A DNA stretch of 64,000 nucleotides. Origin: Balanoglossus misakiensis (taxonomy: Eukaryota > Animalia > Hemichordata). The position numbers and the translations under genes are program-made. The stretch is taken from contig CM082584.2 of the NCBI GenBank assembly GCA_040954595.2, positions 4,902,110-4,966,109 on the forward strand. The letters run 5' to 3'. Below the pieces are notes generated by a model. The model saw only the letters and a list, made by a program, of their open reading frames with translations, was not told where the DNA came from and did not search any database. This document shows positions 1 to 14,100 of the stretch, piece after piece (position 1 is the stretch's first letter; each line of letters starts with the position of its first letter).

Positions 1-412
1 TGGTGTAATAATTAACATAAAGTACCATTATATCAGTTCAGTGCAATTAAAAATAGAGCCAAATCAATGCAGTGCACAAGTTAATTTTATTATGAAAATA
101 CGTGGCTATCTGCAACGGACATTTAGTAATGTCATGCTTCCATTTTTTCAAGAATGAAATCACCTCTATTGGTGTGTCTGAGTTTTCTAATGAACACGTG
201 TTGACAATCTGTTCTTAACGTGACCACCCAATGAAAATATATTTCTAATTTCATTTGCAGAAGTGCCTATATATACTTTTAAAAAGCAGAGAAATGACTG
301 ATATGCAGCGCTATGCACCAATGGACATTTCCTCGTGACTAGCATTAGTTGTTCCCTGTCACATCATTTAGCAAACATGACGAGTTATGTAATACCATAG
401 TACACTACTTGC

Positions 413-3400
413 CGAAAGTTCATTCATTTGGTCCTTTTCGTCTGTTGGCACTTTAGCGGCCAGTGTAGAACGCAGAATATAAGCAAGCATAAACCCAAGC
501 CGACCGACATCAGTATTGAGGTCCAGTTCATCCTGATTGGATTCCGGATGTGATAATGCTTTCCACGCAACATATAAACTAAGTGTGACATAGTCTTTCA
601 GAGCAATTATATTCATTGAATTGAATTCTAAGTCCATAACTTTCGATTTTCTATCCAAAGCATAGGCGAGATCATGCATGTACTGTGCCAATATTTTCAT
701 CATGGCATACGAGGCATTGGCATCTCTTATAAAGTCATTGTTGCTGCCCCTGTGTGACGAAAACACATAGTTACACAAATCAAATCATTAGTTTACATCT
801 GGCACCGAGAACAATAGAATTTAGCGTACACTAACGAATCGGTACGGAACGGTACGTACAGAACGCGTGTTAAGTACGCCTTAAGTTTCAAGGCACCCCA
901 ACTCACTGTGTACAGGTATGTGCTGTTATGCGGACGGTTTCAAGACACCCCCACTCCAACGCACGTGCGCACACGTAAACAAAAAAGAAAGATGGCGGCT
1001 CACTGAGTCAACTGAGCGGTTTTCGATCAATTGTATCGGCATTTTGGGAGTTTTGAAAGCCAAGTAACATGCAACACAAGACACTAACGAACACACTAAC
1101 GAATCGGTACGGAACGGTACGTACAGAACGCGTGTTAAGTACGCCTTAAGTTTCAAGGCACCCCAACTCACTGTGTACAGGTATGTGCTGTTATGCGGAC
1201 GGTTTCAAGACACCCCCACTCCAACGCACGTGCGCACACGTAAACAAAAAAGAAAGATGGCGGCTCACTGAGTCAACTGAGCGGTTTTCGATCAATTGTA
1301 TCGGCATTTTGGGAGTTTTGAAAGCCAAGTAACATGCAACACAAGAACTAACGGAGATGTAAGATGTATAATAATAAGGTTATTACGAAAATACCGCAAA
1401 GTATGCACTCGGACATTAGCGCAGCGCATCGCCCTCCGCTACGCGTCGGGCGATACCGGGCGCTAATTTCCTCATGCATACTTTGCGGTATTTTCGTAAT
1501 AACCTGCTTATTTCCCTGTAACAGCACATCTCCTCTAGCTTTTGATACTTAACAGGCACAGAATAATCAAGCAGGAGTGTTAAAACACTTCCGCAGTGAT
1601 TGTTATAACCAAATATAGATATACAGGTATGTGTTCTGACCAACTCTTTCTAATACCAAATTACTACATTCAATTAAGCCATTGGTTGCTGTAAGTAGAA
1701 GTACAATATTGTAAAACTTTAATGTGCACTGGGAATGAGGATTTCTGATATCACCACGAGTAGTTTGGTCTTTAAGATCACCACAGACATCATAAATACG
1801 AGAGGCAACCATAAGTATACCTTGTGTGATTAATGTTTTACTCACCCGGTCGTAACCACCGACAAGTTCCTTTCTGAATTGAGAGTGATTCTTTCAATGG
1901 CATTCTGCATGTAACCATCAATCTGTTAACATAAACAGAAAACGCAGCATGTTGATTTAGTGTTTGCATGTTTGGTTTACAAACTCATAACTAAACAAAG
2001 ATAATGACTACATTCGTTAAAAGATCAACACAAGAGTTATAATTTCCAATGAAGCAGTAGAGCAGAAGGAAGAACACAACCCCCCCCCCCAAAAAAAGAC
2101 AGTAACATCTCAAAATTGCCCAAAATATTTCATTTGCCTGCATTTCAGTCTTGACAAAACTCATGGCTACAATATTCTTAATATGAACAATACCTTTTGT
2201 AATTCATGATTGCAGATACCAAGAATTAGCCTAGCACATACAGCATACTCTGGAAGGTGTTGGTGTGTTGCGATTTCTTCGAACAATTCAGAACGGGTGT
2301 CGACCAGGAACATCAAGGAGCGTGGTAACATGTCATCCACCTTGTTAACTGGCACCAACTCTAATACCACATCCACGAATTCCCTGTGTTATGTGGAATG
2401 GAGATTACACATATACATGTAAGATGCGAGATAAAATATAATTGCTGATATTGCTTTGGAGTGACCCAAATTTCACATATTTTTTTCCACAATAAAATAC
2501 TTCAAATATATTCCCTATCCTCTAAAGTCTTTACCATTGAGCCATATTACTTGCATTTGCATCAGTTTGGTTTGTCATCTCTATGCGACGCATACCACGA
2601 TAGCTACGTACTGTTCGTATGGAAACTGATTAAATCGGTGTTTAATCGCGTGTTCAAATTGCAACATGCATGATGCAGTCACAATCGGGCATTGATAAGG
2701 TGTTCATGTATACCTATCGGTAAGCTTATTTAGATGTACAAATCTAAAATGGAAAATAAAATCATGCAAATAATGCAAAAAGTGGCAGTGCTGAAAATAA
2801 TAGATTTTTTCAGCCCTTGTGTGAGCCCTGCTCACTGGTTAACGCAATGGCTCTTTAACTGAAAATTATCTTTCACTGAAGGCTATAGTGTCGCCTACGT
2901 CAGCCTGTATACCATAGTAATTTTGCTAACAGGAAATCAAGGAAAACGTTTACGGTGTGTACAGTACATGACCAGGGACTGTAACATCTTTCTCAAATTA
3001 TTTCGGTCTTAATTGCCTCGACTCATTTTTTTATTTTTGTTTCAAATACTTGTTAATGTTTGACTATACTAAATTAATGAAAAAGGCGTCAATATGTTTC
3101 CAAGAGAAATCAAAGAAAATAAAGAACCATATATTCACTTTACCCTGTATTGTCTTTTTTCTTAAATTTGGAGGTCAGTTTCTCAAGATTCTTCTTATCT
3201 AAACCTTCTAGTCCCCACCATGCTTGGTTTCTGACATCCTCGAGAGTAACCTTGTCTATCTTGTCAAGCGAACTGTGGCTGTCATCAATCACATGCTTGA
3301 CTGGAAGGCAGTGTATCCACTGAAGATTTCCATTTTCTAGTAGGATATTGCAGAGTTTCGTGGTGGCGGCTTTGGCGTGGTCTCTGTTGGGAACAGAATC

Positions 3401-6400
3401 ATACATTTGATATTGATACTTATTGGTTCCCTTTCCATCAGACTAGGTAACGTCAACCACATTTACGTCAGCCATACAATACATGTCTTATAGACAAAAA
3501 GACATTAGCTTTCGTTGGTTTTCGCATTTTGTATAATTACCCCTGGCCCCTGAAAGCCGTAGTAGACAAGACTTTGTCTGCAAAATAGCCATTTTAATTC
3601 TGGGAATTCTTGCATTGTTGGATTATTATGAAGCTTTCTCCTTATTAGAGTTGTTGAGCTTGTAGTGCTAACCACATCACATGTACAGCTCCTGGAAACA
3701 TTGTTAGTAAGTTTTCTGCAGTATTTTTGTTTTGTGTCTCTACGGCAGTTTCTTGTTCGAATTCCTGAAATATGATGAATGTATGCCTAACATTTAGCTT
3801 ATAGTCAGCATTGTTATTGGGCAAAATTAGCAATTCGTGTCTGGACTATAGCTTGAAGTCATTTGTCAACATTAATAATGGGCGTTACACTCATAAAGAC
3901 TATGTTGACAAGTGGAGTACTGGGTATACATGTATTTGCATGATGTTTGGAGTATAGCAAAACCAGCTTTTAGGAAATTTTTTAAAGATTTTGTGTGCAA
4001 GACATCTGAATATATACCTTTAATTTTAATATAATTTTACTCTACGATAGCTCTTTCCGCATTATTCTCACCTGATTTTTCGGTCAGCATAGTTGCTCTT
4101 GATCGCTTGCACCATTTCTTTCCAGTCATCGGCAGATTCGGTGAACATGTTTACTGAAGACACGATATCTTGAATCATATCAGGGGTGATCGTTTTGGCA
4201 CTGTACTTCTCAATGACGATCATCATTGCAATGCCAGAAATAACATTTCCGATGGTTACCTTTATTGGCAGGGGTTTCAGGAGAGCTTGGCCAACTTGAT
4301 GTCGCCCTTGAGACTTTAATTTTGTTTTGACAACTCCCATTAAGATCTGCAAGAAATTATATTAGATGAAATGTTAAACAGTACCATAGTTTATTTCACA
4401 GTTTGATGATGTCCTTGTATCCTAGCTGGCAATACTGCTCCGTTGTGATACTTTCCATTTTACACAATGTAACTGCATTAAATGATGCAATTCTTTTGAG
4501 ACTAAGGAAAACTAGACAGCAGCGTTAATGAAATGAAAATTTGTGGTGCCCTAAATAATATATTAATGTAAAATTCTTCACAATTCCAAAGAAACAGACT
4601 TAGATCATCCCAGGGTGCTTTTTAAGATGACTTTGAACGGCGTTTGTAACCAAAGAGTGTCGTAAAAGTACAATATAACAGATTCAGTCCTGATTTTACC
4701 AAATGTCACTTACGTCACCCATGTGGACCTGCATGCCAGATTTCAAGACAATGGCTATTCCAGAGAACAATTTACTTTACCAAACATGACAACTCCCCAA
4801 AAACTACAAATATGCCGATTTTACCACACTTTGACCAAACTTTCCTTAAATCATCACTCAAACGCTTAAAAAACTCAAAGTAATTGGACATGTTGCAAGT
4901 GGTTTCAAACTAAATTTGTTCGACTAAAATGGCAAAAATTGAAACCTATAATACAAATATGCAAATTTCACAACAATTTGAATGAACTCTACTTAGGTCA
5001 CCCCGAGGGATCTATAGACCAAAGTATTTGAATCATCAGTTTAAGAGAAGAAGCCTCGCCCATGAATGTTTGGCTTTCCCCTCGCCCTTGCCCATAAACA
5101 AACGTTAACGGTCAGGGCGTCGTCCATTATTTCTATATTTGAAATTCAAAATGGCTGCCATCACTGTTAACTCTATGAGTAAGTTTTAGGAGTGTGTGTA
5201 TCTTGGACACATAGATTTATGGCCTGCATGGACAGAAATAATTGATGGGGCGGTATGTGTCAACAATAACAATAATTTCGCCAAATATGTACCTAAGGTC
5301 AAAGACAAATAAATATGATTTTCGTTTTGATCACACACGTTTTGATGTCATTTGCGGGCTAAAATTATACATTTTTCCTAAATCCTAAAAACTGAAGTCC
5401 ATTGCAATGACAATTGTGCTAAGAGAGGGTATCACAAGTCAATTTAAATAGTAATAGGTTGAACAAAAAATCACACTGGCAGTATTTTGGTTACAAAGAA
5501 TACATTTAAGCTTTATTTTCCGAATGCACATTTATAAGTTGGTGAAATTTGACTTTCTTTCAAGACAGAGGAACTGCGCATGTGCAGAACACCTGGCAAT
5601 GCAGCCTGCCAATTTTCACAGTTTCACCCCCCCCCCCCCACGGCGAAAACATTCGCCGTCCTGATCCTATGTACAATTTATGCAATAAAGGGAATGAGGC
5701 TCCTAACACCTCAATTATAAATTTCTTAAAGTAATTGAAGTATATAATAGTATATCATTGCAATAAGAACTCTACGAATAAATTAAAATGACAAGTCAAT
5801 ACAATAGTTGCTAGAATTGGTAAAACAAGAAAAGTGGCGGGGGTGGGTGTGGGAGGGTGTGTCTACCTCCCACATAAGAAAATTTTGTAAAATACACTGT
5901 ACAGTGCTGAAAGTTGCATTTTAATGAACTCAAAAGCAAATTAACTCAATGTTGGAGAGGACCAATTTTACTTTTGCCACTCCACTCAAAGAAAGCATCG
6001 GTGGGTGGGGTGGCAAGTAGTCTGTCCTGGTACACTAGACAAACCAGCTAATAAACGAAATGTGGCAAAGAATGGAGGGGTGGGTGTGGGAGGGGGTGTC
6101 AAAGATACAAACTGAATTGAAAGAAAACAACGACATTCAAAGGCATATGTTGAATAGACTTGATGTTGTTGAATCGGCACAAAAAGATTTAGAGAAATCT
6201 CTACAGCATACGGGAGACGAAGTTGTCGACATGAAAGCAAACGCAGAGAGTCTGAGAAAATAGTTGGTGGATATAGAAACTCGTTATGTGATTTCGAAAC
6301 AAGAACTCAAGGATTTGAAAGAAGACAATGTTCGACTTGAAAGATACACAAGAAGTTTCAACATTCGAATAGGCGGAGTGGAAGAAAAACAGGACGAAGA

Positions 6401-9400
6401 TACTTTAGCCATCGCCCAAGAAATCTTGTCATGCCACTTTAAAACATCACCAAACGAAATAGAGAATGCCCATAGAACTGGCTTCAAGGGGAAAGACAGA
6501 CCGAGACATATCATCGTGCGGCTACACAGCAGACCCCAGAAGTTTACGATTCTGAAGAAGGCAAGGAACATTCTAGAAGGTAAAGACATATTTGTGGTGA
6601 ACGATTTACCGAAAGAAGACTATGAAAGAAGGCGAGAGTTGAAACCCATCATGGACGCCGCCAGAAAAGAGAAGAGAGACGTTGCATTCAGAAATGGCAA
6701 GCTCTTTATTGATGGGCGCCCATATAGGCCTCATCAACGTCAAGTGTGAATTTTTCATTTTTCCAAATGTAAGATGCACAAAATGTTTATTTTTTTCCTC
6801 TTTTGAAATGGGGCCACAGGCTAAATTAACAACAAAATGTCGGGTTTTCTTTGTTTGCTTTGTTTCGTTTCCCGCGCTTGGTCCCCACTTCATCAATATG
6901 CATCTGGAAAAGTGTGATCGCTATTTTTAAAACGTGTTAATTGTCAATGCATATTGTTATGGTAATCACTTTCACAAGTCATTGCTGAAAAACCATGTGA
7001 ATGTATACAAGAGGTTCTACTTGGGGGAGTTTCTCAGACCGCAACCTACTCCACCATGGTTTATCACGTTATTCTGTACAGGTGTTTGGTTTACGCCTTT
7101 CCCGCCATTGACTTTTTTCCTCCTCCTTCGTTCCGGTGCCTTTTGTTTGTTTTCTTTCTTTTTGTGTGCGTGGTTTTTGTTTGTGGTTGTTTTTCTTCGT
7201 TCCTTTCTTTTTTTCCTTCTCCTTTCTTTTTGGTGCCTTTTCCGTGTTTCGCTGTTGCTGTTTTTTTTCTGCTGCGATTTGGCATTTTGTTTTCTTTAAA
7301 GATGAATTTCTATGTCTGACAAATTAGAAATAATGTCTATTAATGTCCGCGGATTGAGAGACTATAAAAAACGAAAAGATCTGTTTCTTTGGCTTAGACA
7401 AAAAAAAATTTCTATCTGCTGTTTACAAGAGACACATTCCACAGAAGAAGATATAAATAGGTGGCGAATTGAATGGGGTGCACCATGCTTTTTCAGTTCG
7501 GGGTCGAGCAATAGCAGAGGGGTGGCAATTCTACTTTGCAGAAATGTTGAGTTTAAAGTGAACAAACTAAAAAGTGATTTGGCGGGGAGGTCTATTTTAT
7601 TGGACATCACAATTCAAGAAAAACGATTTACGCTGGCCTGCCTATATGGACCAAACAATGACGAACCAGCTTTCTTTTCAAATTTACATGAAGATTTGGA
7701 AATGTTCGAAAATAACTCTATCATAGCCGTCGGTGACTGGAATGTTGTCAGAAACCCAGATATAGATACATATGGTTATAGAACAAATGTTAATCCTGGA
7801 GCAAAAGAGGCCATCGATCTTCTGTGCACAGAGTTTAATTTGGTAGACATTTGGCGTACACAAAATGAGCAGAATAGAAAGTACACATGGCGGAGGAAAA
7901 AACCAACTCTAATTCAAAGCAGGATCGATTACTTCTTAGTTTCTCCAGACTTTGCTTCAATGACCGACCGTGTTCATATTTCCCCGGGATACAGAACAGA
8001 CCATTCAATGATTTCTTTTAGTGCTTCGATTATAAATTCTAAAAGAGGAAGAGGTTTCTGGAAGTTGAATACTTCACATTTACGTGACCCAAATTATATT
8101 AACCTGGTAAATGAAACTATTGAAAAAAAATTGAAGGAATACCGTGACCCAAAGTCTCTGACTAACGAAGAATATACGATTTCAGATCAGCTACTCTGGG
8201 ACGTGATTAAGCTAAAAATAAGGGGCGCCTCTGTAGCCTACGGAAGTCAGAAAAAACGTGAAAGAAATATGAAAGAGAAAGATTTAGAAAGAGAAATAGA
8301 AGAACTTGACAGAATTTGTACAGTTTCCCCCTCCGTGATCAACTTAGAAAAATTAGAAGAAAAAAATATGGCAATCGAACAGTTAAGGCAGGCTAAAGTA
8401 GATGGAGCAATGCTGCGCTCTAAAGCACGTTGGTCAGGAGAGGGTGAAAAACCAACCAAATACTTTTGTTCGTTAGAAAAAAGACAGTATGTAAATAAAA
8501 CAATATGTAAATTAATAAGGGACGACAATGTCATAACAAAACAAGAAGAAATTCTCGAGGAACAGAAATGCTTCTACGAATCCCTTTATTCCAGCAAACG
8601 AGGCAGTGAGTCTATCACCGAGAGTGAATTTCTGAAATACAATGATATCCCTAAACTTAGTACAGAAGAAAGTGGAAAGTTAGAAGGTGCCATAACATTA
8701 AAAGAATGTACAGAAGCGTTGAGAAGAATGTCAAACAATAAAAGTCCGGGCTCTGATGGCTTTCCGGCCGAGTTTTACAAAATGTTCTGGACATCAGTTG
8801 GGAATCTGGTCACACGGTCATTGAACGAAGCCTATCAAAAGGGGGAATTTTCAGAAACAAAAACAGACAATTATTGAAGAATTGGCGACCAATAACTTTA
8901 CTAAATACCGATTACAAAATTGCCTCGGCAATTTTAGCTGACAGAATGAAAAACGTATTGCCAAGTATTATTCATGAGAATCAAAAGGGCTTTTTAAAAG
9001 GGCGTTTTATTGGTGAAAATACCCGACTAGTCTATGATATATTTTCTATTGCTAAAGTAAGAAATCTACCTGGGTTAATGCTGTTGCTCGACTTCGAAAA
9101 GGCATTTGATTCAATAGAATGGGATTACATGCTTAAAACGTTAAATTATTTTAACTTTGGCCATACATTCTGTAGGTGGATAGAAGTGTGTTATAAAAAT
9201 ATAAACAGCTGTGTTATAAATAACGGACATTTTTCATCTTTTTTCAATATACATAGAGGTGTTCGACAGGGTGATCCTCTGTCACCTTATTTATTCATAA
9301 CAGCTGTTGAGCTTTTAGCGGCTGCACTAAGAAGATCTCCCCCACGTCAAAGGATTCCAAGTAGAACATGAGAAATTTCTACTAGGTCAATATGCTGACG

Positions 9401-11151
9401 ATTCATTCTTATTTCTAGATGGATCACAAAGCTCATTGCAGGAAGTGCTTTTAATACTAAAACAATTTTCTTTGATTTCCGGTCTTCGTCCAAATTTTGA
9501 GAAAACAAAAGCTATTTGGTTTGGTTCGAGAGCATACTGTAATGAACAATTAGAAACTGATTATAATATACATTGGTCTGACGAACCTTTCACCCTGCTT
9601 GGAATTACCTTTGACGTCAAATTAGAGAAATACGAAAAACTGAACTATATTCCGGTAATTGATTCAATTAAACGACTTTTGAATATGTGGTCCATGCGGC
9701 CACTGACATTGCGTGGGAAAATATGTGTTGTTAAGACATTGGCAGTACCTAAGCTCATTCATATCATGTCAATACTACCAAAGATGTCGATTTCACAGCT
9801 ACAACAGTTAAATGATGCATTTTCAAGCTTTATTTGGAATAACAGACAAGCAAAAATTAATAGGCTCAGACTGTGCTGTGATATTCAAAATGGTGGATTG
9901 AATATGGTAGATTTGTCAACATTGGCTGATTCGCTCCATATATCATGGTTATACAGATTGATGGATGATAAACCGGGACAATGGAAACAATTATTTAATG
10001 TTACATGTGGGTTCAGTGGACACTGTTTTCCCTACTTCACTGCGCAAATTGCTAAAAAAGTGGCCTTTACTTACTTTAGTCAAAATTTATTTTGGAAAAA
10101 CACGCTGATCACGTGGTTTCCCACAAATAATAATCGGTGATAAAATAGTGCATTATGTAACCTGGCATCAACAGGGTATTTGTAACTTCAAAGACCTTTT
10201 AGATGAAAAACATTGTATAATGGACTTTGAAGATCTCAGGAAAAAATTTGATCTGCCCAACTCTGAAATGTTTAAGTATATGTGTCTCATTGACGCCATA
10301 CCGAGACAGTGGAAAGAAAATGCTAAAAAGAACCCAAATCAATTAAATAACAACCAACTGTTCATATCAGGAAAAGTTTGTAGGCAAGTTTATTTAAACC
10401 TTTTTCAAAATTGCACAATGAAAAGAGTAAAATCTCAAAGCAGCACAACGAAATGGATAGAGGAATTCAATCTGAATGAAGGGCTAACAAAATTCTTTCC
10501 ACTTATTTTCAAAATCACAGATGACACAGCACTGCAAAGTTTCCAGTATAAAATATTAACTCGAATCATAGATACAAATAGATTTCTAAGAATAAGAAAT
10601 GTAATTGATTCAGACAAATGTACTTTCTGTCATCTTTGGACTGAAGACATAATTCATCTTTTCTTTGAATGTGAATATGTCCTACAATTCTGGGGAGATA
10701 TTGAACTAGTTCTGCTTCGAAATTGTAATATTCAACTTACTCTATCACCAGAGAATGTAATTTTGGGAAAGATCATGGAAGACAACTTTTCACTTGTCAA
10801 TTTTGTAATTCTTTTAGGTAAGAAACATATATACGAATGTAAGAAAAAACACAAAATACCAAATGTACAATATTTTATGAAATGGGTACAACAAAAAATT
10901 GAAATTGAAAAATGTAAAATGAAATTAAAAGAATTTGACAAAATGAACCCTGGTCCCAAATGGAAACAACTAAGTCAGTTTTGTGGACAGTCCCCACCAT
11001 TATAAATAGTAAAAATACGCGGATGTAACTTTGTTTTTGTTTTCTTTCTTTATCAGATGTAAGTTTACTACAGTTTGCCAAACCCTTCCCAGCCTGTTTT
11101 TTCGTTTCTTTTTCCTCTTTGTCTTGTCTTTTTTTTCTTCTGACATGCTCA

Positions 11152-11192
<41 letters not shown>

Positions 11193-14100
11193 AACTCAAT
11201 GTTGGGGAGGACCAATTTTACTTTTGCCACTCCACTCAAAGTAAGCATCGGTGGGGTGGGGTGGCAAGTAGTCTGCCCTGGTACACTAGACAAACCAGCT
11301 AATAAACGAAATGTGGCAAACAATGGAGGGGTAGGTGTGGGAGGGGGTGTCCCCCTCCCACATAAGAAAATTTTGTAAAATAAAGGGCGCGAAACTGCAA
11401 TTTTGTGGACTCAAAACCAAAAGTTCGGTGGCAAAAGTATGTGACTCCCCCCTAAACGTTTTTTTAAAAAAAGATGACCCCCCTTTTCATCTTCAAAATT
11501 TAAGTTACCCCCCCCCCCTGGATTTTGCCGCCCCCCCCCCCCCAGCCGTAAAAACTGAACGGTCCCTTAGGAAGAGTCGCAGATCAGCGACGCACGATAG
11601 CTTCTGATGCATACGAAGACCCGTCAGCTGACACGCAAATACAGTCAAAATATAAAATTCAACATTGAAAACGGAACCGCGAGATGCCTCGTGTTTCTCT
11701 CCTGTCACCTCGTCTGAGAATAGTCTGGTTCCCTGCCCCGATCCCACCGCTGGCTGCGCTACGCTAAATAGGGAAAGGGACATGGGAAAGGGGTCTGTAC
11801 GGCGAGTATTACAAAACACGAGTATCTGACAAAACTCTTTCTACCAATAGTCACTTAGCCAGCGCAATTCATACATGCTGTACGCTACATACCACCATGA
11901 TACCACAATCGCGTGTAAACTATGTGTACACTCCATGGTGTACACAACTGTTTGTGTTTACACGGCGATTTTTGTTCGGCGATCGCGCCTATAGACATAC
12001 ATGTATAAAACGAGAGAAATTAGGGACCGTTCAGTTTTTACGGTCGGGGGGCGGCAAGTTTGTGTCATCGGTTTTCAAAATCAGGCCGACCCCCCCCCCC
12101 CCTTCACCCAGGAGCAAAAAATGATGAACCCCCCCCCCCTCGACAGACCCAAAAATATGATGACCCCCCCCCCCCCACGCCGAAAAACATTCGCCGTCCT
12201 GATCCTATGTACACTGTAGGCAATAAAGGGAGGCTCCTCACACCTCAATTATACATTTCTTAAAGTATAATTGAAGTATACAATAGTATATCGTTGCAAT
12301 AAAGAAATCTATGAACAAATTAAAATGACAAGTCAATACAATAGTTGCTAGAATCAGTAAAACAAGAAAAGTGGCGGGGTGGGCGTGGGAGGGGGTGTCC
12401 CCCTCCCACATAAGAAAATTTTGTAAAATACGGTGCTCAAAGTTGCATTTTAATGAACTCAAAAGCAAAGAAACTCAATGTTAGGGAGGACAAATTTTAA
12501 TTTGGCCACTCCACTCAAAGTAAGCATCGGGGGTTGGGTGGCAAGAAGTCTGCCCTGGAACACTAGACAAACCAGCGAATAAATGCAATGTGGCGAAGAA
12601 TGGAGGGGGTGGGTGTGGGAGGGGGTGTCCCCCTGCCACATAAGAAGTTTTTCGTAAAATATGTAGCGCAAAGTTGCATTTTAATGAACTCAAAAGCAAA
12701 TTATCTCAATGTTTGGGAGGATCAATTTTACTTTTTGCCACTCCACTCAAAATTAGAAGATTTGGCGTCATCTTCGTCATGCCATCATTTATAAAACTTC
12801 TAGTAAATAGCTAACAGTTATGCGAAATGGTTTAGGCTGCATTCACAAACACCTCTGGAGGGGGGGCGGGAGAATTGAGGGGGGGTTTGAAAAAATTGAG
12901 GGTATGTAAGGGGGGATTCGAAAACATTTAAGGACTGAAAGGGGGGACTTGAAAACTTTGCCGACTAAATATTTATTTTGAGTCCACAAAAATGCAGTTT
13001 CGCGCCCTATATTTTACAAAATTGTCTAATGTGGGAAACACCCACCCCCCATTCATCAACACCCTTCAATAATTGACTGGTTTATCTAGTGTCCCAGGTC
13101 AGGGGACTTGCCCCCACCCCATGATAACTTTGAGCGGTGACGGTTAAATTTGTCCTCCCCAACATACCGGTAGTTGAGTTAATTTGCTTTTGCCGGGTTC
13201 ATTAAAATGCAGCTTTGAGCTCTGTATTTTATAAAATTTTCTTACGTGGGAGGGGGACACCCCTCCCAAACCCACCCCCTTCAATTCTCGGTTTACAATG
13301 TCTCCCAACACAAATACAAATACATGTACTTAAAAAATTACAAACAATGTTCAGTTTTAATACCTACTGATGAGGGGAAACATCAGTTTCAAATTCTTTT
13401 CATGGGAGCGCTGTTTTTCTTTTTTACAAGATAGATAGGTGATGTGTTTTGCTCTGTGAAAGAAAATGGGGTGGGGATTTCAAAATTTTGGCAGCTCGGA
13501 AGGGGGGATTTGAAAATATTTCGGGTTGTGTACGGGGGGCATGTGAAAATTAGCGGTAAAAAAATTTAATTCTCCTGCCCCCCCCCCCTCCAGAGGTGTT
13601 TGTGAATGCAGCCTTAAACGATTATTCTCCTTTATGTATTTACTTTGTTAAATATTATCATCGGTGGGGTTGGGGTGGCAAGCACTGTGCCTTGGTACAC
13701 TAGACAAACCAGCGAATAAATGCAATGTGGCGAAGATTGGAGGGGGTGGGTGTGGTAGGGGGAGTCCCCCTTCCTACATTAGAATATTTTGTAAAATAAA
13801 GGGCGCGAAACTGAACGGTCCCTTAGTAGGAAACGATGCCACTTGTGCCAGTGCACTGCCGAGTTCAGAAGATGTTTCACTCACTCATGGGCAAAATTTA
13901 ATCAATAAATCGCCATCGATACCACCCGTCACATGTCAAAATTCATACCTGCTGCCCATTTGTAGCGATCTTCTGTGTCTTTTGGGGCGTTTTCTGAGGG
14001 GGGCTACGCTACGCGTTATGTGTATTTGTGGGATACACCGTGACTGATAATTTTACGCAATTAATGCAATTAACCGTGTTTTTTAACTATATACGGCAAT

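Larger units (their letters stand above)
6101..11191 (+). mobile_element. L1/Tx1-type non-LTR retrotransposon, 5'-truncated and decayed, antisense within the large intron of the RNF213-like gene
   Basis: ORF1 remnant, pyrimidine-rich spacer, fragmented ORF2 (EN-RT-CCHC), short 3'UTR, AATAAA at 11151 running straight into a ~40-nt poly(A) tail. Confidence 0.95.
5627..11566. mobile_element. Non-autonomous PIF/Harbinger-type element, left end lost, interrupted by a LINE
   Basis: 5627-6100 and 11193-11566 match the sibling element at 12023-13822; the right TIR ...aaaactgaacggtccc is followed by TTA. Confidence 0.75.

Noticed and set aside
3384-3833. ORF 3645-3833 and stops upstream of ORF 3140-3406 first suggested an RNF213 pseudogene exon
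   Set aside because: A good phase-2 acceptor at 3383 keeps the gene open, so this stretch is intronic.
6261-6263. In-frame TAG in LINE ORF1 as programmed readthrough
   Set aside because: The element has several other disabling lesions; a simple nonsense mutation is more likely.
6934-7327. Several Phe/Leu-rich or Lys-rich ORFs
   Set aside because: Artefacts of the T-rich inter-ORF spacer of the LINE.
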